DNA of 64,000 nt, taken from assembly GCA_965153355.1 (NCBI GenBank), contig OZ231126.1:30814001-30878000 (forward strand), read 5' to 3'. This stretch comes from Flaccisagitta enflata (taxonomy: Eukaryota). The translations under genes and the position numbers were made by a program. This document shows, piece by piece, positions 53,428-64,000 of the stretch (positions are counted from its first letter, which is position 1; every line of letters starts with the position of its first letter). The notes beneath the pieces are model-generated. The model searched no databases. It was not told the DNA's origin and saw nothing but the letters and a program-made list of their open reading frames with translations.

Positions 53428-54737
53428 GGCAGTTTCCACAATAAACTAGACTGGCGGAAATAAAGTGCCTGATTTCATAATAGTCACACTTAATAGCTTG
53501 AAATTTAAACTATGCTCAGAATTTTTTATCATAATCAGAGTAACATAAGTGTAACAGAGTGTCAACACATTAGAACACTCTCTTTAAAAATCAATATCTC
53601 CAACTAGAATTGACATAAAGATCTGAAATTTTGCATGTAACTTGAATTATGTCTGCACTGATGGGGGAAAAAAGAAATTTTCAATGATGCCTAAGATATT
53701 GCCATTTAAAGTATAGTATAAAACTATCTGTCAAAATCAGATAAATCATTATTTTGGACAAATCAACTATTAATGATATTTTTCTATAATAAATAACAAC
53801 TGGTCACCATCGCAAATCATTAGTTCTTCTTTAAGGATTACAATTAACCAAAATTGACCGCAATTGAGTAAGCTTTATGATTTCTTTATATGACGGCGTT
53901 CTTCTGAAGGCAACATTTGTGTTTCAACAAGAACCGAAGTAAAAAACTAGGAATGATTGAATCTGAATTATCAAACTAAAAAAATCATTGAGATATATCA
54001 AAATCAGTATTTTTTTGCATTACTTACATTCTTGCATGAAATAGAGCCAAATGTTGCTAAAAGTGATAAAGAAAACATAATGCAAATAACTGAAAATTTT
54101 ATTTTTTGGTAACTGAGATGGGGCCTGTTGAAATTTTAAATTTCCGTAAAAAATGAAAAAATGAGAAAATAAAAAACATAGTTCTCTTCCAAAATTGATT
54201 ACGGAGAGAACTATGTTTTTGAAAATGCAAAATTCTGCTGCATTTGAGAGTCTTAGAATTTCAACGGCAAGAACAAATAAAAAGATGTAAGCAAAATTTC
54301 ATTAAAAACCTTGATTTACTTGCTTTTCTCATATGAATTGCATACTAAAAATTACCGTTGAAGTCAGAATATGATAAAAGTGTATAAACCAAGTGTCTTT
54401 AGAGACAATTTGTCCTATGAAAGCCTTTTTGCACCATTATTATCCACAGAATAATGCAAAAAGTATGGTGAAACAATTTTTATTTTCCTTTCAAAGATTC
54501 GCCGTCATATCGTTTTTGTAATGGTTTTGAGTGTGACATAAAAAAAGGGGTGATTTTGGCCTGTTCTTTGCTACATAGCCTATCAAAACTTAGTAAAAAG
54601 GATATTGACTAGGCACTGAATCCCAGATAATGTGTTACAACAGCTTCCATCATAGAAAAAAAGATTAGCGTAAAAATATTTTTTTTTGCTTCTTATAATA
54701 TGGATTTCAGCTGGGCCGGTTTATTGTGGAAATGACC
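53428..54737. mobile_element. 1.3-kb non-autonomous TTAA-TSD element (Kolobok-like); partial reverse relative at about 12170-12565
   Basis: TTAA|GGCAGTTTCCACAATAAAC...GTTTATTGTGGAAATGACC|TTAA. Confidence 0.8.
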
Positions 54738-55273
54738 TTAAAGATTCTCTTTCATTTGGCACCAAGCAGAATGCTCCATGGCAAATATTTTTCGCACTAT
54801 GAATTTTTTATGATTTTAAGTAGGATCAATAAAGGAGTGTATTTAAGTTTGTTTGAGCATGCAAATACAAGAAGACATGTTTATGAGCATAGCTGCTCAT
54901 CTGTGTGAGTGTTTTTGAGCATTTTAGCTCAGTTTATTTTTCTGATTTTAGATGCAACAAATGAATAAATATTCTGATAAATATTGAATAAATATTGAAT
55001 AAATATTGAATAAATATTCTGAAGCAGCCATAAAAAAGCATGTCAGTGAGCTGAGCTGCTCATCTGTGAAGGTGTTTTTAAGAATTCTATTTCATTTAGC
55101 TCATTTAGCTCTGTTTTTTATCTGAGTTTTAATAGGATGAATAATTGAGCATGCAAACACAAGAAAGCATTTCAGTGAACATAGCTGGATAATATATTAG
55201 TGATTTTAAGTATTTTAGCTCATCCAGCTCATTTGGCTTGGTTCTTTTTTTCTCTGATTTTCAGTGCAGTCAA

Positions 55274-56120
55274 TACACTTTTTTTTATAAGAACGCGATT
55301 TTTTTTTCGGAGGCTTCATGTTTTTATTTTCAAGGCCAAATTAAGCCCTCAACGTTTTTAAAGCGTTCTTAATTTAAAATACTATATAAACTATAAAGAA
55401 CCTTATAATATACTATTACTTGATTACACTTTTTTTTTTTATAAGAACGTCTTTTTTTTTTGAAGGCTTTATGTTCTTATTTTTGAAGCCAAATGAAGCC
55501 TTCAATGTTCTTAGAGCGTTCTTATTTCTAAATACTATATCAACTATAGAAAACCTCATAAAATACTATTATTTACTTATATCAAATATATCTTTATTAG
55601 ATATTGTTAAAGCAAATGCTAAACATTAAAATCAAAAGATATGTTTATGGTATTTATATGAAAAATTATATAATACAATTTAAATCATGCTAAAATTTAA
55701 ATGTTTTTACAATATTCTTTAAATATTACCTTCAGGGAAAAATTGTTTCAAGATTTGAAGCCTTTATATGTTCTAAAGATGTTCTTAATTTTGGGGCCAT
55801 TCGAAGCCTTGATGTTCTTATAAACTAGGTTCTTATAAAAAAAAAAAAGTGTATATTAAATATATTCCTTTTGAAAACTTTTAAAACAAATGCTAAACAT
55901 GTCTAGGGATACTTTCTTGGTTTTTATATTAGAAATAAAAAAAAATCAACTTAATTATACTAAAATGTCAGTGTTTTGTTAATGCTCATTAAATATTACT
56001 TTAAGTGAAAATCTTTTTTCAAGATTTGAAACCTTCATATGTTCTTAAGATGTTCTAAATTTTGGGGCGATTTGAAGACTTGATGTTCTTATAAACTAGG
56101 TTCTTATAAAAAAAAGTGTA
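55274..56120. mobile_element. TA-TSD MITE with doubled termini (self-nested or duplicated)
   Basis: TACAC(T)nATAAGAACG at about 55274 and 55425; GTTCTTAT(A)nGTGTA at about 55853 and 56120. Confidence 0.7.
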
Positions 56121-56331
56121 CATACAACTCTTGATTTAATCTAACAATAAAAAAAAATGCAGGGACTAAAGATAAAAGTTTGGTGAAAAGTGACCAATGC
56201 TTACGACTTTTTCCTCACGGCGACAGCCACCATTACTGGTAAGAAGTCTCGGCTTCTGTCCATGACTAGGCCACATTGCATGGGGCCTACCTACGAACAT
56301 GCGCTTGCATATGATCAATCATTGACAATAC

Positions 56332-56501
56332 CTGACTAACGCGAGTCCACATCCAAGTGGAAAATAAAGAATGAAGAGGAAGACGGCCAAAGGAGTTGAC
56401 GGTAATCGCGACTCGGTGACGGACAACCCAACTGACGGTGGGGGCGACGCCGAGGAAGGCGGTGACGCGCTCGACCCATTCGACGGCGTCGTCGTGGTCA
56501 T
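56332..56501 (-). CDS. AUP1: AUP1-like (lipid droplet/ERAD protein) first coding exon
   Basis: SRLPSTPLAVFLFILYFPLGCGLALVR resembles SHRLPGDCFLLLVLLLYAPVGFCLLVLR; donor AG|GTATTG phase 2; upstream acceptor TTTTTCTCAG at 56529-56538. Confidence 0.88.
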
Positions 56502-56868
56502 TGCCCCTTTTCCAGATCGCTAAGATCGCTGAGAAAAATTAAGCAGTGACATTGACCAGGTTAAAGAGTTATAAAATTATTCATCGTATTCGGAGGGAAC
56601 AAGGCGAATTAGGCCAATAAAGTTCGCCGCGTGGATCGTTGAACGAATGCGTCACCGACCAACCAACAGACCAACCAACCGACCGACGAACACAGCCATT
56701 TATATGGGTGCTTTGGCGCACCTAAAAGTAAAAGGAAGGTAAAGTTTTTCTCTGTTTTGAGAATCTGAGCTGAGAGATGGACTGGAAAAAAGTTAATGCT
56801 AGGGAAAGGGATTACATCAACTCCAGCATTCTTTATTCACCAGCACTTCATCAACATCAGCTGAGAGC

Positions 56869-56983
<115 letters not shown>

Positions 56984-57161
56984 TAACAAAATAGCAGTGC
57001 GCTGAGCCCGTCCTCTTGTGCATTAAAATACCGTAAAAAAGAGATCAGTGCGTCGCGTCGGTGTGGCCGTAGTCCGATCTGTCAGTGTTTGACGGTAGCA
57101 CTGTGTGTGTCTCTCTCTGTCTTTCTGTCTGTCTCTCTGTCTCTCTGTCTGTGTGTGTCTG

Positions 57162-57211
<50 letters not shown>

Positions 57212-58559
57212 GGGCAGGGACATACGTGTATTACTCCAGCCACTCCCGCCCCCTTAAAAACACTTTTAAAGCCCTTTGGTTCCTTGGGCTCTCCAAGCCG
57301 ACTCGAATGGAATGATGAAGAACATCCCTCATTTTATGAATCTAGTTGGTGTTGTTTAGTTTAAACATTATCAAAGAATTTTGGATTGAGGACCTTGACT
57401 ACCTAATTGAACGTGAACTTGCTCCGTGTCATTTACTCACGTAACTATAATGTACGGGCAGTATGACAGAAGCTTGAATTATGTTTGTGACCGCTTGGGA
57501 ACAAAAGCGGTCCTCCCTATCTGCATATGGAGACGAGAAGACTTAAAAGAAAACAAACGCTGGTATAATTTTCAGTCATAAAATAGTAGATCACAAAAAA
57601 GGGGTTCATATGCAACGCAACTAGGGGAATAAAAACAGAAAGCTACATAAATCGATAACAACAGCGATACAAAATAAAAAGAAAAATCGCATAAATTTGT
57701 CAGAATGGGGAGAAAGTCATAAATCGAGATTCATGTCGTTGAAAAGGAATCGTAATCAAGATGATGACAACCATTCAGAAGACGGTTACAATCATACAAA
57801 TGTCGGTGGCGGTCATACAAAAGACGGTGACGCGACGAATAGTCGATCGTTGATGATGAACTTAATACTGATTATTTGTGTTGTGGAACTCAGAAAAGAA
57901 AGCAATATGTTTCATTGTAGACACGACAGTGACAAATGACTCAGGGTTGAAAATACTTTAATGGTTGAAATACTGAATCCTGCCTCACACAACATCCTAA
58001 CGTTACAATAATGTTTCAGGCAGAAGAATTTATGCCAGACAAAATAGAGCTATGAAAAAAAATGTTCAAAACGAAGGAGGTGTTTGACTTTGGCGACCTT
58101 CAGTCCATATGTTCTTCTTAGTTCTAAGAATTAAAGGCATTATTTTTTTTTCCTTCTTCCACCACAATATGGAGAAAAATTTTGCAGGATGATGGTAAAA
58201 GACCTATTTTTGACCTTCAAATATTTGCTTACTATGACTGACGTAGATGCTAGTTAGAAGGTGGAAATCAGATCTGAACTTTTTTCTTAATTAGTTCAAA
58301 ACACCTCTTTTTTTTTTTTACTCAAGCAGTAGCAAAATGCGAAAGTTACCATGAAGCAGAGATCCAAAGTAAAGAAGAAAGCAAATTTTTTTCGTCTTCA
58401 TTGTTAAAGGAAGGCACAAAATGATCTAATTGCGTCCGTTGCGTACAAGCAAATGTCTCCTACCCAAATTAGTGAGATTTCAATCCGACATATATTCCAT
58501 AATGGTCAAAACTTTTTTTTTTTCATGCATTCATGAACAGTTTCTGCTCAAGCCTAAGT

Positions 58560-61500
58560 TAAGGGAGTACGAGATTTCCCAAAAATGAGCCGACCTCAAA
58601 AAATGGCCTCAGATACTCAATAAACCTATGAGTGGGACCCTACTTACTGGCAAATCACCAATCAGAACTCAGTAGGTGAAAAAAAAACCCGCGGATGGGC
58701 TCAAAAACCAAATCGCGACTAATCTTTAGGCGATTTTTTTGCATTAAGTCAGATTTTAAAAGTTTTTTTGTTCATTCTAAGTTTAAATTTATAAAAAAAG
58801 TTAAGCACTAACCAGGCAGGATCAATATTTCTCAAAAACATGAATCTAATATGTGTTTTGGATGTATCTGTATCATTTCTCTTAAAAAAAAAAAACATTT
58901 CGTTGATTTAAACTAGCTCAGTAGCTTCTTTTCAGTTACACTCTCTCCCCCCTCATGATGGGCCAACAACCCAGACCACATCATTTAGCTCTTCGCACAA
59001 TTTTTTAAAATCTGTATAAACAGATGATGGAACCAAATCCAGGACTATGGTTTCACTCAATCGAAAGGCATGCTCTTCCTGCCCTTGTTGATGGATTTAT
59101 CAGAGTACAAGAAAGAATGGTTGGAGTCATTTCGCAAGCACCTTCAGCGATATGACCTGAGTATAAAGACTACTGTGAAAAGAAAGCAGCAGGCACTCTT
59201 GGTAAGACACACTTGAAGCCATTTTCAGAAATATTCACGGAGGACGAACTTCGAAAAATTCCCGTGGACTATCAATGCTTACAGTTAATCAAATCATTAA
59301 TCATCGACCCTCAATCAAAATTTCATAATAATCACCGTTAACAATTAATTTTTGTACCATGCAAACGATACAAGAATCTCGTAGTTCACTTCCTCAAAAA
59401 AAGAAATTTGCTAAAAAGTCATGAAATGCACAAACTCGATATAAAAGAAAATGAGTTTAATACTCTGATTAAAAAAAACTTTTCATGATTTTGCCTTTTT
59501 GTTTTCTTGAGAAAAAAATTTTGCCTTTCCAATACAGTAATTCTCTGTATACAAATTTACTAATTTGATCCCTGTCAAACACAATTTATTCATTGATAAA
59601 ACCTGCAAACCTACACACTCAAAAATGAACACCTAAAACAATCTTTTACACATTCATACACAAAGTGACATACACGCATACACACCCACACACAAGCACC
59701 CAACACACACCCACACACTCGCATTGGCAATAACAGATAAAGCACAAACACATGTAGTCATTGATAACCAGACACAAAGCAGGCATGGATGATTGTAGAC
59801 AAATGAATGGAAATCTTTATTTTTTTATTCTTTTTTTCTTTTATTCTTTTTTTTTTCCTTTTTTCTTTTTAATTTGGTAAATTCGCATCATCTTATGATG
59901 AGGTGATAGCAAAACAAAGACTTGATAATTGATATGGAAGAACAGTTAACGGTTAATCCTATTTAACTATTTCGATGATTAATGATTATATTAATGGTGA
60001 ATTAACCGTTAATCATTAACGGTTAAGCATCTATACCGTGGACAACAAAGCAGGAAAAAACTACTTTGGGCATTTCTCACAACAGCTCAAAGCTAAAGGA
60101 GGTTCAGCATTTCAGGCTATAAGTGACACACTGGTACTCAAATCAAGTGCAGATATAGCATTTGGAAAAGGAGCTGAAAGCATGCTCAAAGACAAAGTGT
60201 TGAAATCCAGGCAAAAGGATGTTGCAGAAATTGAAGCAGACTACTCCAGGGCCCAGAAGGATTTGATGAGGTCCAAACTTGCTCTCACTGACCCAGAAGC
60301 AGATAAGCTGGCCAGAGAGCAGTCAAAAACCAAAGCAATGGCTTTGTGCTGAGATAATGGCAAGAAACATAAGTATGATGCCCCATTGACATCTCAAGAT
60401 GAAGTTCACATATGCTACAACCGAATCAAGATGTTGAAGGAGCAAGATAAGCTGGCCATTTTGCGCAGAGAAATCAAATTGAAAAAAATCATGTTTTCTG
60501 AGTTGCCCAGTGACTTTGTTTACTTCAAGCAATACAACATCAGTTCCAAACAAATATATGAAAATTTGCTGGCATTACATTCTGTTGACCAATTCAATCA
60601 AGAAGTTATTACAGTTGAAGATGTCTATGAAGCAACTGACTTGCTTGATTCTCCTGCTGCCCAGTCTCAAACTAAGAGAAAAAAATCTGCAGCACCCACT
60701 TCAGCAGAATCTGAACTGGATTTCTAATGGCCTCTTGAGGAGGAGGAGTTTGTTATTACTTTGGAAGAAGATGGTTAGAACTTTGGGTCAGTCCAATCTT
60801 ACAACCAGGAGCAAGATACCATTTGTGTTCAAGCCCTCACCACTCTGAAAACTTGTGCAAAAGATGATGTGGGAAAAACATACAGGATCTACCCAACTGA
60901 AGAAGAAGTAGATCACTTTGAAAAGAAGCATGTGCTTGAAATCAGGCCCTCTGTTACATTGGCCAAAAATATTAAGAGAAAAGATTTGGTCTTCTCAACA
61001 GAGAGGTCATTGAGACTCTTTGGGGACAACTCATCAACCAAGATGTACCGGAGTAGTAGCACAATGAGGACAATTCTTTTTTAAAATTTCATGCATGATC
61101 TGATTTTTTATTCAACTTTCCCTCTTACGCTCATTTCATGAATTTGTTAGTTGTATCGCCATTCCTTAGAACTTTTTCTTGTTTGACTAAAATTGAGTTA
61201 GTAGATTGATATCATTTCATCATAATTACTTTCTGAACTTAAATTTTGCTAGGTTATTACAATATGATGCTTAGGAGCTAGTTAAAAAGCTAGATAACAT
61301 CATTTCAGTAAAAATTACCGATTTTTACTTATTTTTCTTGAATTCTTACCATTTTTCACCCAACAATAGCTAAAATATCAAGTTATTTTCATTCAATAGG
61401 AACAATTACACTTCTAAGACATGTCATGAACAATATTAGTATGACTAGGGGGACAAAATGTGAAAAGTTTCAGCAACTTAAAAAAAAAACGCTCAAAAAT

Positions 61501-61661
61501 CGACAAAAATATTGCGAAAATCAGTTTTTGGGGCCATCCGCGGGGTTTTTTTTGAGCGACAGCTTCAAAATTGGTGGAATACCTCATATTTTGGGCCCAC
61601 TGACATGAAAATTGAGTATCTGAGACAATATTTTAACTCACCTATCACTCGTACTCCCTTA
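58560..61661 (+). mobile_element. Copy B of the 3.1-kb hATw-like element, near-identical to copy A
   Basis: Same TIRs; different 7-bp TSD CCTAAGT (58553-58559, 61662-61668); extra stops at about 60725 and 60776. Confidence 0.95.
59270..60035. mobile_element. Nested hAT-like MITE in copy B (same insertion as in copy A)
   Basis: TSD CCGTGGAC at 59262-59269 and 60036-60043. Confidence 0.92.
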
Positions 61662-61683
61662 CCTAAGTATGGATAACATTCTC

Positions 61684-61884
61684 TTTTAGTCGCGTGCTTC
61701 GCGACTCTACATCCCGCCATGTTGGTCGGTCAGTCGGTTGGTCGGTCGGCTGGTCCTATTTGTACTTGTACGGCGTTTTTGAGCTTTTTGAGCTTACTGC
61801 TCCTGCCCAAATGCCCTAGTGACCTTCTCCAGCACTACTCCTGCCCACCCGCACGCGACTGGGGTAGTTGTGTATCCGGCCTTG
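61684..61884 (+). mobile_element. HINE-like element, family TAGTCGCG
   Basis: TTTTAGTCGCGTGCTTCGCGAC...GTGTATCCGGCCTTGT. Confidence 0.75.
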
Positions 61885-62030
61885 TGTATTTGTAGGTGTA
61901 TGTGTATTTTTTGAGTGCGAGTGTTACATCTCATGGAGTGATTCTCTTTTTTCAGTTACTTAAATGTTTTTTTTTTCTCATGCTTCACAAACATGAGACC
62001 ATACCTAACTATGATGAAGACATTTTATCG

Positions 62031-62761
62031 TCATTTCCTTTTTTTCGACCACATGGAGCATTGTTCAACGGGGTTCATGGGAGACCCTCTAGGGCAATTA
62101 AAGGCACGAGCAAAGTCAGGCTGCAAGGCGATGGTGCCAGAGACTCTCGGTTCCCCCGGCAAATGAGGGTCGGAGCTGAGTGTTTGTTCTAATTGGAAAG
62201 ACGTAGTCTTATCACACCAGGCTTGGGCAAAAGCCACGTAAAAGAGTTGTTGAGAGGTGAAGCGTTCGAATCCCGGCAATGGCTCTTCTTTGCCAATGAT
62301 CGAGGAGAAAGAGGAGGAAGAAGTAGTTTTGATTCGAGATCTTTCGTAGGCCAATTTGGCCAACTTGAGTCCGCCGGCGTCGGCGACGTTTTCACCCAAA
62401 CTCAGTAGCGGGTTTACGGCTTTTCCGCCGGCCGTAAATTTTTGATAATGTTTGACGTAACATTGACTTTTTCGTTCGTAATGCATCGCGGACGTGTTGC
62501 TCCACCAGTTGACCATGTTACCTTCGGCGTCGAATTGCATGCCCGACCGATCGAAGCCGTGGGTTATTTCGTGGCCGATAATGGCGCCGATCGCGCCGTA
62601 GTTCATGTAAGACGGCGACTCGATGTCGAAGAGCGGCGTTTCGAAGACGCCGGCTGGGAACTCGATGCTGTTCTTGGCCAGGTCGTTGAAGGCGTTGACG
62701 ACGGCCGCGTTGATGTTGTGCCACTCTTCACGCTCGGTCGTGTCGCCGAGGAAACGCGAGG
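62031..62761 (-). CDS. M13 family zinc metallopeptidase (neprilysin/ECE-like), terminal exon
   Basis: Acceptor AATTCAG at 62762-62768; VNAF, FPAG, NYGAIGAIIGHEITHGFD, ENVADAGGL, HLPGEPRV, FNCPRGSPMNP..CSMW. Upstream exons lie outside the window or were not found. Confidence 0.95.
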
Positions 62762-63453
62762 CTGAATTAGAAATGGGGGGGGGGAGGAAGAAGATGTGGT
62801 ATTATTGTAGGGAAAAAGAGGAGGTGGTGGAGAAATCGGTGGTGAAGGCAGATGAAGAGGCAGTGGAGGAAGAGGAAGAGGCAGTTACAATATTCGTAGG
62901 GAGGCAGAAGGAAATGGCGGAGGTAGAGTGGAATTAGGAGAAGGAGAAGGAAAATGAGGTGGCAGTAAAGTTCAAGAAAGAAGGAGGGGGGGAATTTTGG
63001 GAGGAATATGGGATGGAACAAGAACTAGGGGTGGAAAACATCTAAAAAGAACTTTGTGACCGACCGACTGAACAACTGACGCGTTGGACGAACGGATCAA
63101 CCGACTAACTTAATGGATGGACGGACCGACCGAAAAGCGGCTTGCAGAAAGGAAGAGGGGAAAAAATTACTTCCAATCACATAAGAGTTTTGAACCGAAT
63201 AATTACTATTAGAGAAATTTCTGGATGAACTTTGGAGAAGTGACTTGTCGTTTTAAAGTATAATGATTGATGGAGAAAAATAACAGACAACGCCTGATTA
63301 CAGGCTTTTCTCATACCGCTCGCGCTGTATAGTGTATCCTCTGCACATGAAGCATTTCTAGTCGAGTCTTCGCGACTGTATAATCTATAAGCCGCTTTAC
63401 AGTTGATCAGTCCGTCCGTTCCTTGGTTACAAGCGTTTAATGCTTTTAATGCT

Positions 63454-64000
63454 TTTTTAGTCGCGTGCACGCGACTCTACACCTTGCCGTGTCGGTCGGT
63501 ACGTCGGTACGTCGGTACGTCGGTAGGTCACGTTTTTAAAATTATGAATTTTTATGTTTTTTTAAGGTATTTTTAGGTACTCTAGGGTATTTCAGGGTAC
63601 TTTAGGGTACTTCAGGGTACTTTAGGGTATTTTAGTTATTCTAGGTACTTAAGGTATTTAAGGGTACTTTCACATATCTTTGGGTACTTTTTGGTATTTT
63701 TGAGTATTCTTGAGTATTTATAGGTATATTTAGGTGTTTTTGGGTATTTTTGGGTATCATTGGGTATTTTTGGGTATTTTGGGTATTTTGTCAACTTTTT
63801 GTTGGGCACTCGTTATTGGTTCAGAATGTAAATTTTTTTTGGGACAGACGTTATGTAGTATGAAGTTGTAGTATGAAGTTATGTAGTATGAAGTTGTATG
63901 TATTTATATAGTATGAAGTTATGTAGTATGAAGTTGTGTAATATGAAGTTGTGTAATTGTGTTGTAACTTAGCACGCGACTGTTGGCCTGTTGGGCTTGT
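63454..64000 (+). mobile_element. Long HINE-like element with internal GGGTATTTT and TAGTATGAAGT minisatellites
   Basis: TTTTAGTCGCGTGCACGCGACTC start; GCACGCGAC...GGGCTTGT end. Confidence 0.75.

Noticed and set aside
62442-62937. Plus-strand ORFs overlapping the peptidase exon
   Set aside because: Antisense shadows of a GC-rich coding exon.

Overview
This is an AT-rich, microsatellite- and transposon-dense region of an animal (probably invertebrate) nuclear genome using the standard code and GT-AG introns. Genes that can be supported are: a two-exon RPS25 (+; 11341-11524, 17253-17446); a multi-exon AUP1-like gene (-; seven phase-compatible exons 56501 to 48528, 3' end unresolved); the last exon of an M13 neprilysin/ECE-like metallopeptidase (-; 62031-62761); two short helical ORFs flanking RPS25 (9906-10142, 18710-18928) that look like paralogues of each other and match no family I recognise; and a few orphan exons. 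Most other sequence is mobile DNA. This includes three copies of an internally deleted DNA transposon with 14-bp TIRs and 7-bp TSDs (hATw-like, each carrying a nested MITE), a 3.5-kb foldback element built from 570-bp modules, many TA-, TTAA- and 8-bp-TSD MITEs, numerous Helentron/HINE-like elements, a CR1/L2-type LINE 3' end and minisatellites. Most ORFs in the supplied track are microsatellite artefacts. All family assignments come from remembered motifs, not database searches.
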